A stretch of 64,000 bases of DNA from Rebecca billardiae RCC1528 (taxonomy: Eukaryota; Protista; Haptophyta): assembly GCA_965240325.2 (NCBI GenBank), contig OZ251231.1, positions 992,001-1,056,000 of the forward strand, given 5' to 3'. Positions 33,261 through 44,580 of this stretch are shown one piece after another. The notes beneath the pieces were generated by a model. It did no database searches, was not told the DNA's origin, and was given only the letters and a program-made list of their open reading frames with translations. A program made the translations under genes and the position numbers. Each line of letters opens with the position of its first letter. Within the stretch, counting starts at the first letter, position 1.

Positions 33261-35549
33261 ATATCGGCTTTATCTATAGCCACAGGTTACCTGATGCTGG
33301 GGCTGGTAACCACTGCCGTCACTCGTCATACCGTCAGTAGCTAGTCGTCCAAGCAGAGTGAAGTAGATAGAAGAAAGAACTTTGCCAAAGAAAGACCGTC
33401 ATCGTCACTCACGTCTGAAGTAGTCGTCGTCTCATCCGTCATCATCACATCGCGTGATACGCGCGCGCAAGTCTAGCTAGCAGTAACTAGCTTATTATTA
33501 TTTTATAATATCATCACATTATAATAGGGGCGCAGTAGTATTAATACTATATTTTAAATAATACATATTAATGGCGCACGGCCCCCCCCCCCGAAAGGTC
33601 TGAGCGTGAGCGAAAGCCGGGGGGGGGGCGGCGCACGTGCTCCGCAAAATCAAAAAGAGGATGCGCGCAGGATTTTGGGGATTTTTCGGTAGGTGGCCAC
33701 CGCGTATGAGTGGATATCGCTGCCGCAATGATTGCGTTTGTACTGCCCCTTAATTTTAACGATAGTAACACTTAGGGGAATGCAGGGTGGAATAGCGCAT
33801 AACACCAGCCGTGTGTTAGAACATTCCGTCATAGTAAGATGCCTGAATTGTAAGAGCCTGAAACAGCTCGCCAACCATAGAAACGATAGGTTGGGTCGTC
33901 AGCTTTGATTCACGCGCTTCTGAAAAACAGCGTTTTAGATTAGACGCATCCCTCTTCTCTTAAGAGAACTGCGCTTCAAAAACACCGTTTCAACGAAAGA
34001 CGATCGCCCGCCATTCAACTGAAACGAGATTCTGCATAAAGCGAACCAAACATTAACATTTGGTTCGGTGGCAATCCAATTCTTGTATTTCAGATGAACG
34101 ACATAATGCGGGTGGCAATCGCCACCCGCATTGACGGGCCTGAAAGTTATCATGAGCATAAGAATTTCTACCGCTTCACGCACGACCCTTCGGATTCTCT
34201 CCCATTTAATACCGGCGCGTCCGGGACAGCTTGACGAATATGAACGATAAACTTGAGCGGACAAATCTTCATGATATCTCCCTTAATGATTAATACTATA
34301 CCATGGTAAGGCCTTTGTGGCTCGCGCATGACGGGCGGGCAGCCGAGGCTCCGAACGAGGCGCCGAGAAGCCGCCACTGCCCATGTAGGCCGCCGCCGCA
34401 CGATCGTTCAATCCGACAGACTCAGCGCAGGTGCGCGCGGCTGCGGTGGGTCCCAACGGCCGTCGGCATCGCATTCGTGCCTCTTTCCCCCCTCGCGCCC
34501 CGCCCCGGTGCCGACCCGCGTCCACGCGCGTCGGCGCGCCCGTCGGCGTCGCGCAGTTTCTTTGTGCAAGCTCTTGGCAGCTGCTGCTGCAACTACGAGT
34601 CGCTCGCAGACGGCAGAGGTGATGCTGCTGGCGGCCAGAGGGCGATACGATGCCGTGTCTTTGACTGGGCTGTGCCGACCCATCACGGCCACGCGCGCGG
34701 TGCGCGGTAACCCGACTGCTCAGCCGCATCACCCAGCGCAGCTTCGCCCGCGACGACGGCTTCGCCTGGCTACCACTGCTCATCAGCCGCGTGCCCGGCT
34801 TCGGCTCGGCGGGCGTCCGGTTCGGCCGAGCACGGCTGCAGCGCAGCACGCGAGACCTCGGCTGGAGCGGCCGGCTGTGACGCGGATGGCGGAGGCGGGC
34901 TTTGGGCTCGGGCTGCCCATGAGCCACCACGGGCTGTACCGTCTGCGCAGATCGCGCTCGGCCCGGCCGCAGCCCTCCTGAGCGCGCGCCTCAGAGCTGA
35001 GACTGATCACGGGCAGGCGCACGAGCGACACTGCCGTCAGCCGTGCGGCTGTGTCGAGCCGCCGCGTGTGCTCGCAGGCGCGGCGCTCGCATGGGCTCAA
35101 CGCGGGCACAGCGGGTGCGCGCAGCTGGCGCACGCAGCCACGCGCGGAACTAGCTAGGGCCGTGCGCCCTCAACTTCGTTGTTTACTATACCCGAAGATC
35201 GGCGTAGCCGATCATAATACATATATTATAATAACGACAATAATGAGATCCTGACGAGTATCGACACTATCGTGTTTTCTCTCTCGATCTCTCGCGAGCT
35301 CAGTCTCTGGTCCGTCCGTCCGTACGGCTTACTCCGTCTCTCTGGCTGTCTATGACAGAGCGCATCACTACTAAGTAGCATCGTGTATAGAGTACCTCTG
35401 TCGTCCTCGAGCCCATCGAAGCATAGCTACCGCCGCCATATATCAATTGCCTGTGCAGATTGAGACATGGCACTACAGTAGTCAAAGCACACAGTCCCTG
35501 TCACAGTTACCACAGTGCCGCCGCACGAGGCGATTAGCTTCGACGAGTC

Positions 35550-37011
35550 CTAGGCACCGCCGCCAGCGATGGTGTTGATCCCAGCCTTTGTCTCGTACTC
35601 CTCGATCGCGCGGAAGAGCTCGTGGAAGTTGCCCTTGCCGAACCCTCCGCACCCGCCCTTCTGCTCGGCCGTGCCGCCCTCGTCGCAGCCGATGCGCTGG
35701 ATGATCTCGAGGAAGAAGGTGGCGCGGTCGCCGACCGGCTTGGTGAAGATCTGCAGCAGCACGCCCTGGTCGTCGCGGTCGGCGAGGATGCCGAGCTTCT
35801 CGCATGCCTGCGCCTGCGCCTCCGAGATCGCGTCCCCTCCCAGCCGCCCGCGCAGCTGCTTGTAGTACTGCGGCCGCGGCCGCTCCATCAGCTCGAAGCC
35901 GCCGCCACCCTGCTCAAACGACGCGCGCATGCGCGCCACGGTCTCGAAGATGGCGTCGGTCTTGAGGGCGATGTGCTGCACGCCGGGGCCGCCGTGCTGG
36001 TCGAGGTATGTCTGGATCTGGGAGCGCCGCTTCCCCCCGCTCGTCGGCTCGTTGAACGGGAGCAGCACCAGCTCGTTGTTCGAGGCGAGCACCATCGAGT
36101 TGAGGCCTGAGAGCGCGGTGCCCACGTCTGCCGCCGGAGGCACGGGGTGGCGCGGGGGGTGGGGGCGGCCCAGTGAGCGCGGGGTGCGGGCGCGCGAACG
36201 GCGCGACGTAACGCGCGTGCGAGCATCGTGCGGCCTCGGCCCGCGCCACCGAGCCCAACAGGCCCGACCGACCGCCGGTGGCGCGCGCGCCGATTGCAGT
36301 TGCCGGGCGCGCACCCTCTGCCGTGAACTCGGCAAACTCGTGCCAGCCCGTCGCGTTCATCACGTACTCGACGGCGTCGAGGAGGCGAGGGACATTCGAG
36401 ACGATGTGGTCCATCCGCGTGAAGCCAAAGCGGCCGGGCGTGCCCTCGGCTCGCGGCACGGCCTCGTAGCCCGGCAGCACACCCGCGCCCGCCAGCGCGT
36501 CTGCGCCGGAGATGAAGCGCAGGACTGCGTCGCCGTCAGCATGGAGGAGTACCTCGGAGACGACGCACTCAGGGGCGCGCTCGGCCGCGCGTGGGGGCGC
36601 ATGCGGCTTCGCGCCGTTCCGCACCGCGAGGTCGAAGGCCTCCCGCGCGTCGGCGACCTGCACACCCACGGCGAACACCGCAAGGCCGTGCGCGGCGATG
36701 TAGCGCTGCATGGCCGCGGGCGAGAGCGAGGCGGTGGGGATGGCGGCGTCGACAGCGTCACCGGAGGAGGTCGGCGCGGTAAAGACGAAGCATACGTCTC
36801 CAGACTGCACGATGTGCGACGAGAACCGACTGTTGCCGGTCGAGACGTTCGAGCGCGCGACGAGGTCAAGGCCAAGTGCGGCTGCCCAGCGCGAGGCCGT
36901 TGTCTGCGCGTCGCCGCAGAGGAACTCGACGTGGTGGAAGGCGCGGAAGTCGAAGCGATCCGTCAGCGGGTTGCTGCGCACAAAGTTGTCGTACCCCACG
37001 AGCTGCACCAT
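35550..37011 (-). CDS. HPPD: 4-hydroxyphenylpyruvate dioxygenase; intron 36128-36314
   Basis: FHHVEFLCGDA, DHIVSNV, EFTAE|DVGTALSGLNSMVL, GPGVQHIAL, LLQIFTKPVGDR and GGFGKGNFHELF. Confidence 0.97.
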
Positions 37012-37308
37012 CGCCCTTTGCGGTGTGGAGTGACGGGTGCGAGGCGCGGTCGCTCGGGGCTGACGGCGGCCGACGCAAAGCACGGCGGATGCGGCTGGAG
37101 TACACCGGGAGCGGTCCTATTTTCAGAGACGAAGCACGGGCGGCCGGCGGGAGAGGTAGTCGCGATCGTCAACTTTGTGTGCAAACCGTCACGCTGCAGC
37201 GAGCGGGCAGCGGCGGCGGTTGGGGCGCGCGGCCAGGTCGGCGGCGCTCACGCCCTTCCGCCGCGCTCTTTGGTTGCGATCGCGCCCGCGCTGCACGCGC
37301 GCCGACCC

Positions 37309-38955
37309 ATGGTGACGGCCGTCGAGTCCGTGGCGCAGGCTGGCGAGGCGCTCAAGAAGCCCGGCGCAGGCGTCGCGAGCCCGTCGCCGCTGCAGTACAT
37401 GCGCGGCTTCGGCAACGCGTTTGAGAGCGAGGCGGTGCCGGGCGTGCTGCCGAGCGCGCAGAACACGCCGCAGCGTGTGGCAGGCGGCCTGTACGCCGAG
37501 CAGCTGTCGGGAACCGCATTCACCGCGCCGCGCGCCACCAACCAGCGCACGTGGATGTACCGAATCGAGCCGTCCGTCGTGCACGCCAAGCATCGGCGCC
37601 GCACGCAGCGACGCGTGCAGGCCGACTTTACGGCGGGCAACTCGTCTGTCGCGGTCGATCAGCTCCGCTGGCGCGCGCCCGAGGTGCCCGCGGCGGACGG
37701 CGAGCGCGTGGACTGGGTGGACGGCCTCGTGACCATGTGCGGCGCCGGCTCCGCCGAGGCGAAGGAGGGCATCGCCGTCCACCTGTACGCGTTCAACGCG
37801 AGCATGTCGGCGGCCGACCGTGCGTTCAGCAACGCGGACGGTGACCTGCTGATCGTGCCGCAGTCGGGCGACCTTCTCGTGACGACGGAGCTGGGGCGGC
37901 TCTCGGTGCGCGTGGGCGAGATCGCGGTTGTCCCGCGCAACATCGCCTTCGCCGTCGATCACGACGATGCCGACGCGGCGGCCGCCCACGGCGGCGCGAG
38001 CGGCGCCGATCGCATCGGCACGCGCCGTCCTGGTGGCGGCTGCAGGGGCTACGTGCTCGAGAGCTTCGCCTCGGCGCACTTCCGCCTGCCCGATCTCGGG
38101 CCGATCGGCGCTAACGGCCTGGCTGAGCCGCGCGACTTTGAGTACCCGTGCGCGTGGTGCGCGCGCGCGCGCGCGCGCGGTGCCTCCCTCGTGCCAGCGC
38201 ACGCACACGGCGCCTGCGCGTGCCCTATGCTCCGCTGCGCCTGCGTCCGCACAGACTCGGCAGCGCGCGGGTGGCACCTGCAGCGCCGGAGGCTCACCGG
38301 CGATTGCGCGCGCGTGCGTGTGCCGCGCGCGGCGCGGCGTAGGTTTGAGGACCGCGCGTGCGACTTCACGGTGACCACGAAGGTCCTGGGCGAGCTCTTT
38401 GACCGGCCGCGCGCGCACTCGGCGTTTGACGTGGTCGCGTGGCGCGGCAACTACGCGCCGTACAAGTACGACCTCTCCAAGTTTGTCACGGTCAACTCGG
38501 TGTCGGTGGACCACCTGGATCCGTCGATCTTCACGGTGCTCACGATCCCGTCGGCCGAGCCCGGCGTCGCCGCGATCGACTTTGTGATCTTCCCGCCGCG
38601 CTGGATGTGCGCCGAGCGCACCTTCCGCCCGCCCTACTACCACCGGAACTGCATGTCTGAGTTTATGGGGCTCATCGACGGCGGGTACGACGCCAAGGTG
38701 GGGTTCGTGCCCGGTGGCTCGTCGCTGCACGGCATCGGCGTGCCGCACGGCCCGGACGCCGCCACGTTCGAGGCGGCGACGCGCGCGGACACGAGCACGC
38801 CAACCAAGTTCACGGCTGGCACCGCGTTCATGTTCGAGACGCGCTGCCACCTGCGCCTGACGGCGTTCGCCGCGGACGACAGCGAGGCCGGACTGCAGGA
38901 CACCGCGTACGCCGAGTGCTGGCAGGGTCTGCGACGCGCGACTCTCGACGTGTGA
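37309..38955 (+). CDS. HGD: Homogentisate 1,2-dioxygenase; intron 38157-38342
   Basis: GLYAEQLSGTAFTAPR, DLGPIGANGLA, DHLDPSIFTVLT, FRPPYYHRNCMSEFMG and HGPD. Confidence 0.97.
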   Translation: MVTAVESVAQAGEALKKPGAGVASPSPLQYMRGFGNAFESEAVPGVLPSAQNTPQRVAGGLYAEQLSGTAFTAPRATNQRTWMYRIEPSVVHAKHRRRTQRRVQADFTAGNSSVAVDQLRWRAPEVPAADGERVDWVDGLVTMCGAGSAEAKEGIAVHLYAFNASMSAADRAFSNADGDLLIVPQSGDLLVTTELGRLSVRVGEIAVVPRNIAFAVDHDDADAAAAHGGASGADRIGTRRPGGGCRGYVLESFASAHFRLPDLGPIGANGLAEPRDFEYPCAWCARARARGASLVPAHAHGACACPMLRCACVRTDSAARGWHLQRRRLTGDCARVRVPRAARRRFEDRACDFTVTTKVLGELFDRPRAHSAFDVVAWRGNYAPYKYDLSKFVTVNSVSVDHLDPSIFTVLTIPSAEPGVAAIDFVIFPPRWMCAERTFRPPYYHRNCMSEFMGLIDGGYDAKVGFVPGGSSLHGIGVPHGPDAATFEAATRADTSTPTKFTAGTAFMFETRCHLRLTAFAADDSEAGLQDTAYAECWQGLRRATLDV

Positions 38956-39105
38956 TCCATGTCGTTCGTAGTACCAACCCACGAGGCCGTCCCTGTCGTC
39001 AGCCATCGTGATTCGCGTGTCGGTAGTCCATTTCGCGTGAGTCGCGAAATGGACGACACACGAATCACGATGGGGCGTGAGTCGTAAGAAGGCGAGCGAA
39101 TCACG

Positions 39106-41004
39106 ATGGCGGCGGCGGCCGACGATGGCGAGTCGTGGCCCGCTGTGCGGCGGGCACTCTTGCTCCCGGCATACTTGCCCGTGGCGCTGCAGATGTTCGC
39201 CGAAACGATCGCACTCCCCGTCGTGCCGCTTCACGTGCACTCACTCGGCGGCTCAGACGCAGTTGTGGGCGCAGTCGTCGGCGCCGGCCTCCTCGGCTCG
39301 CTCGTGGTCTCGCCCCCGGCGGGATTGCTCGTTGCGCGCGTCGGCGTGCGTGGGGCCATGCTTCGCGGTCTAGCGATCTACATGTTCGCATCGCTTGTCT
39401 TGGCTTGCGTCAGCTCGCTCGGCGCGTTTGTGTGCGCACGGGTGCTCGCAGGATGCGGCGGCTGCATCGCCATGGTGGCGCGACAGGCGTACCTCGCTGC
39501 GCGCGTGCCGGGCACGATGCGCGGCAAGGCGGCCAGTCTCATCGGCGGCGTGATCGCGATTGCTGGAGCCGCTGGGCCCGCCGCGGGCGGCGTGCTGTAC
39601 GGGCGGTACGGCACGGCGGGCGCCTTTGGGGCGCAGGCAGCCGTGCACCTTGCAAACATAGTGCTCGTGGCGCGCGCGATGCCGGCACTGCCGCCGCGCA
39701 GCGGCGAGGGCGGCAGCCGGCAGTCGGCGGTGCGCCGGTGGCGTCGCCGCGCTGCCACATGCTTGAGGCGCCGCCGTGGCCGGGCGCTCGCCGCGGCCGA
39801 TGCGGCCACGGCGCTGCCGCCCGCAGAGGACTGCAACGGCGCCGCGCCAGCGGCAGACGTGGCCGAGCGCTGTGCGGCCCCTGCTGCGGGCGCGGCGCCG
39901 TTGCAGCCCGCTGCCGGCGCGCCGTGCGTCTCGGAGCGCGCCGTGCTGCTCGTGCGCGTGCTGCCCGTCGTCTTCGTCCTCGTGACGCTGCGCAGCATGC
40001 GCAACCTGCTGCTCCCTCTCAAGGCACTCTCCCTCGGCTTCGACGAGTCGTCGACCGGCGCGCTCGTGACGGTGGCGTACGGCATGCAGGCTGTCTTGTT
40101 CCCTCTGGCCGGGCTGCTCATGGACAGGTGGGGGCGCAAGGCGAGCGCGGTGCCCTCGCTGGCGATCACGGCACTCTCGTTCCTCGTGCTCGCGCGCGCG
40201 CGCACAACCGCCGCCGCGTACGCCGCCGCCACCCTGGGCGGCCTCTCGAGCGGGATCGTCGCCGGGCTCGTCCAGGCGTTGGGTGCTGATCTCGCGCCGC
40301 CGGCCTCCCGCGCGCAGTTCCTGGGGAAGTACAAGGTGGTCTGCGATCTGGGCGCGCTGGTTGGCTCGCCCGCGGTCGGCGCGATCTCGAGCTGGGCGTC
40401 GCTGGACGCGGCGTGCGTGAGCGTCGCGCTCGTCGCGCTGAGCGGCGCGGGCTGGTACCTCTTCCTCGGGGTCGAGACACTTCCCGGAAGTGGCGCGGGC
40501 GCGGGCGCGGGCAAAGGCGCCAGCGGCGAACACCGCGCGCGAGCAGCGCTCGGCACACCTCTCGCGCGGCTGATGCGCGCCCTGCGGGCTCGCGCACGGC
40601 GGCGTGGCCGCTTCGCGCCGCTCGCCCGCACCGAAGGGCCCTCCGGTGCGGCACGCACAGCGCACGCGCCCAAGCCGCCGCATCTCGGCGCCGGCGCTGG
40701 CGGCAGCACGCTGGAGGACTGGGGAGCGGTCCTGGCGACCAGCTCGGCCGCAGCCGCACTCGCGGCGGCTGCAGACGATGGTGTTGTCACCGAGCTGAGC
40801 CCGGAAGAAGAGGCTGAAGAGGGCGAAGACTGCGCGGACGAGATGGCGAGCGACGAGTCTGGCGATACATCTGGCGGCGAGTCTGACGACGCTGACGATG
40901 GTGCCGATGGGGACGCAGGCCCGCTCGCGCCTGTGCCTGCGGGCATGGAGCTTGCGCCGGTGCCAGCCTGGGTGCCGCAACACCCGGCGGATGATGCCGC
41001 CTGA
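39106..41004 (+). CDS. MFS transporter
   Basis: About 12 hydrophobic segments in two halves; motif-A-like GLLMDRWGRK; acidic tail. Confidence 0.85.
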   Translation: MAAAADDGESWPAVRRALLLPAYLPVALQMFAETIALPVVPLHVHSLGGSDAVVGAVVGAGLLGSLVVSPPAGLLVARVGVRGAMLRGLAIYMFASLVLACVSSLGAFVCARVLAGCGGCIAMVARQAYLAARVPGTMRGKAASLIGGVIAIAGAAGPAAGGVLYGRYGTAGAFGAQAAVHLANIVLVARAMPALPPRSGEGGSRQSAVRRWRRRAATCLRRRRGRALAAADAATALPPAEDCNGAAPAADVAERCAAPAAGAAPLQPAAGAPCVSERAVLLVRVLPVVFVLVTLRSMRNLLLPLKALSLGFDESSTGALVTVAYGMQAVLFPLAGLLMDRWGRKASAVPSLAITALSFLVLARARTTAAAYAAATLGGLSSGIVAGLVQALGADLAPPASRAQFLGKYKVVCDLGALVGSPAVGAISSWASLDAACVSVALVALSGAGWYLFLGVETLPGSGAGAGAGKGASGEHRARAALGTPLARLMRALRARARRRGRFAPLARTEGPSGAARTAHAPKPPHLGAGAGGSTLEDWGAVLATSSAAAALAAAADDGVVTELSPEEEAEEGEDCADEMASDESGDTSGGESDDADDGADGDAGPLAPVPAGMELAPVPAWVPQHPADDAA

Positions 41005-41224
41005 CGGCGGAGTTGTCGGCCGCTCATCAGGTTCGCCAGGGTGGTGAGTGATGATCGGTGAGTGGATTGTCCGGGAGGATCCGGCGGAAGGCGTGCGGAA
41101 AATCCGCGAAGCAGAACAAGCTTCAACCAACGGCGATACCGCCCTTGCTTCAACCGCGCTGTTTTTCGCCGAGGTCCTCCAGCTGTCCACTTTTTCATGC
41201 GCTGATCTCGGCGAGTCAACGGCC

Positions 41225-42343
41225 ATGGGCGCGTGCGGCTCGACAAATGGTGCAGACGGAGAGCCTAGAACAGGCGGGGGCTGGTTTCCTCTCGGCAGTA
41301 ATAAGGACAGCGGCAGCAACACGGCGCTCAAGGTCCCGCACGCCATCCCTGTCGCGCTCACGACGCTGTATCGCGTCTCGACGGCGGGCACCGCGCTCGT
41401 CGGGGTCTGCCTCCTCGTCGCCAGTCTCCAAGCGCCGCTGGTCGTGCTCGCGGGCGGGGGATCAGCGCAGGAGTACCAGAGCATCAGTGCGGTCCTTTAC
41501 GACTACGAGTCGGCGCCGGGCCGCCTCTTCGCCGCGCTCTGCACTTTTGCGAGCTTTCTCAATCTAATTACGTTGCATCCGTTCTGGCTTGCGCCGCCCG
41601 CTCAGGATGGGCTGCCTCTGCGCATGGACGCTTGCTGTGGCGTGTTTGGGGCCTGCTGCGCATGTTGCCGCCCAAACATTGACTTTCCTCGCCAAGTGTG
41701 GCCACTCGGGCAGCAAGGTGCGCTGCGCTGGGCGTGGCTCGCGTCGCAGTCCTTTGCACTCCTCCTGCTGGCGTGCATGCGGCCCAGCAACGTTGACGGG
41801 GGGCTCCTCAACGCGCTGATGGGGCATCTGGTGAGTGACCTTGGCGCAGTGGCGGTGCTGTTTGTCAGCCTCGTGCTCGAGGCCATCGTACTCCTCACCC
41901 AGAGCGCCGCCGCGCGCGTGACGGCCCGGCTGGTCGCAGTGGCGGCTGGGCTCCTGTGCGCGCTGCTCTTCATTACGATGTATGCACTGGGCTGCATGGG
42001 CTTGCGGCCGTCCGCGGTGTGCCCTGCACCGCTCGGTACGCTCGGCTTCGTAGCCGAATCGCTGCTGTGCGCGTGCGTCGCTCTTGACTTTCTCTTCGCT
42101 GCCGCGCGGCAGAAGCTCTCGCTGGACGCCGGCCATGATGACCCGGGCGGCTCGATGCTCACAGGCATCGCAGTGATCGGCACCCTCGATCCGCCGCGAG
42201 GTGTGCCCATGCACGAGCAAATGCCTGCCGCCCAGCCAGCACCAGCAAAGGCCGCGGCAGGGCCAGGAAAGCAGGCGGCTGCAGCCACGAAGGCGCCGGC
42301 GGGGCGCAGCAGTGTGGTGGCCGCGGCCGCGCCGATGCAGTGA
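41225..42343 (+). CDS. Multi-pass membrane protein (weak Frag1/DRAM/Sfk1 resemblance), possible N-acylation motif MGACGS
   Basis: About six hydrophobic segments in a long ORF; the family call is tentative. Confidence 0.55.
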   Translation: MGACGSTNGADGEPRTGGGWFPLGSNKDSGSNTALKVPHAIPVALTTLYRVSTAGTALVGVCLLVASLQAPLVVLAGGGSAQEYQSISAVLYDYESAPGRLFAALCTFASFLNLITLHPFWLAPPAQDGLPLRMDACCGVFGACCACCRPNIDFPRQVWPLGQQGALRWAWLASQSFALLLLACMRPSNVDGGLLNALMGHLVSDLGAVAVLFVSLVLEAIVLLTQSAAARVTARLVAVAAGLLCALLFITMYALGCMGLRPSAVCPAPLGTLGFVAESLLCACVALDFLFAAARQKLSLDAGHDDPGGSMLTGIAVIGTLDPPRGVPMHEQMPAAQPAPAKAAAGPGKQAAAATKAPAGRSSVVAAAAPMQ

Positions 42344-43296
42344 TGACGATTGACGACCGATCTGAGCATCAGGCGGACTGTTAACTATAATAATCAGACT
42401 GACGAATGTAAAGACTGCTACTCAGCGTATCTGTCTAGCAGGCTCAGTCGCTAGCAGACTCAGAGTGATGACCGACTCCACGACTTTGATAAGTCTCTAG
42501 TAACTAGTACTAATAAATAAATAAATACAGCAAATTTAAAATATTATTAATTAAGTGACGATGAGCTTATAGTGCATGAGCAGTCGTCCGATTCGGCGGC
42601 CGATTCGCGGCTCAGTAGTCAGTCCACGCGGCACGGGCCGCCACCGCCGCGGCCCGGCACCGCCGCAGATCGCGACGGAATCCTGCTGCCGCCCCGGATT
42701 GAAGTGCTGACGATATAACATTAATAAATTGAACGACGCGGTCCGAGCAGGCGCGACTGATGCGCTGTGCCACTGATGATCTGATTCCATAATGTGATGA
42801 TCCATCATTGCCGGATCGCCATCAGCAGCAGCATCAGTCGTCAGCAGAGTCAATCAAGCTAGATAGAGTCGTCGTGACGGATAACAGTCATTACATCACT
42901 GGTTAACACCGGACTCGCCAGCGGAAATTAAGTATAACGACAGTATATCTACTAGCGCCGAAATTCGACGCGACGATCGATTAAGCTGTACACCCGCATC
43001 ATTCCGACATTATCACATTATTGTCTGCACCGTGACTGGAATCCGCAGGAGACCCGGTGTGAGTGTGACCTCGTCCTAGCTTACTAGTTACTCCTACGGC
43101 GGCTACCGTGCTGTGTGCCGTTTAACTTTTTTAATTAAACTACTGCTAAGGCCGCCGTCACTCTACTACCGTTACCGAGTAAGTATAGAATGAGTACACG
43201 GTAGGGAGCTCGATCTGGTGCCACGGCTGCCCCGCGCGCTCGCCACAGTCAGTCTGCCGAGAATGATGGCGCCGATGGCGATTTATAGTATTTTAG

Positions 43297-43406
<110 letters not shown>

Positions 43407-43546
43407 CTAATAAGGCGTGAGTGTGACTGGTGTCGTCGGACTGCCGAAGTGGCGGCTGCCGGCCGCCCGTCTCAGACAGGCAGCCTGGTGAGGAGCCCGC
43501 CGCGCTCGACAAGCCCGCGGAGCCGACCGCGAGGTACGCGTCCACT

Positions 43547-44371
43547 TTATGTCGAGCGCACGCTGCGGTCAGGCCGAGGGAGGTCGAAGGTTGTTCCCGT
43601 GCGCCCATATGTGTCCCCGCCCAGCCGGCTGAGCGGCTGGTAGTCTTCAAAGCGCACGGTCGGCTTGCCTGGCCCTGCGCCCTCGGGCTCGAGCACCGCG
43701 GTGGCGACGTGCACGAGCACGACCTCGCCGAGGATGAGCGTAGCCGTCACCTGCCCGCTCGCGTTCTTGATCTCGTGCCGATGCGTGAGCTTGCACTCGA
43801 AGTGCACCGCCGACTCGCCGACGCGCGGCGGCCCGACGCGCTCCGACGGCAGCCGGGTGAGCCCCGCCTGGTCGAATTCGTCGACATCGCGCGCGAAGGC
43901 GCCGCAGCAGTGGTTTGCGCTCTCGACGAACCACTCGCTCATGATGCACACGACGAACTCCCCCGTCTCGTCGATGTTCGCCAGCGTGTCCTTCTTGCGG
44001 TCTTCAGTGCGCTGGTTGGCACACACAGAGAAGCCGATTGTGGGCGGGTCGTGCGCGAAGCAGCCGGAGTATGAGAAGGGGGCGAGGTTGCCACCGTACT
44101 TGTCGGAGCGCGTGCTCACGAAGGCGATCGGCCGCGGGACGAACGAGGAGATCATCAGCCCGTAGCAAGACGCCAGCTCCTTCGGATCCAGGCGCGTGTG
44201 CGACTTGTCTGCGAACGGGAGCGGCTGGGGCGTGCCCGGCTTCCACGACGGGTGCGGTGGTGGTGTGACACGCACGGCGTGCGCGTACAGGCGCCGCCAC
44301 CACCAGCGCAAGGCTAGGGCGCCGCCCACCGCCCCCGCACACGCGCAGAGCTGCGCAGCTCCTGCCTGCAT
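43547..44371 (-). CDS. Flavin reductase-like (FMN-binding split-barrel, flavoredoxin-type) protein with N-terminal hydrophobic anchor
   Basis: VPRPIAFVST, NLAPFSY, KDTLANIDETGEFVV, PPRVGESAVHFECKL and PLSRLGGDTY. Confidence 0.9.
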   Translation of the reverse strand: MQAGAAQLCACAGAVGGALALRWWWRRLYAHAVRVTPPPHPSWKPGTPQPLPFADKSHTRLDPKELASCYGLMISSFVPRPIAFVSTRSDKYGGNLAPFSYSGCFAHDPPTIGFSVCANQRTEDRKKDTLANIDETGEFVVCIMSEWFVESANHCCGAFARDVDEFDQAGLTRLPSERVGPPRVGESAVHFECKLTHRHEIKNASGQVTATLILGEVVLVHVATAVLEPEGAGPGKPTVRFEDYQPLSRLGGDTYGRTGTTFDLPRPDRSVRST

Positions 44372-44580
44372 CGTTCGCCTTCCGCCGGCCTCGGACGGTG
44401 TTTCGGCGCCTTTCCAGCGGCCGTGTGCGGTTCACGGCCGGTTGCTTGGGAAGCCCGTTGCAGCGACGAATTCTCCTCCGCGCTTTTTTTCGCGTGCTGC
44501 GCGCTCATCCACGCCCCAGCCGGCCGGCCGGTCGGCGAGAGGAGAGCGCGCGCGTCGGCATTCACGCCCGGTGCGAGGCG

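Noticed and set aside
34283-35254. ORFs of 135-217 aa on both strands
   Set aside because: They have no recognisable motifs and low-complexity Arg/Ala composition, so a gene cannot be supported.
35929-37308. 1008-aa ORF suggesting an N-terminally extended HGD
   Set aside because: The extension is the antisense of HPPD plus the spacer; HGD similarity begins after ATG 37309.
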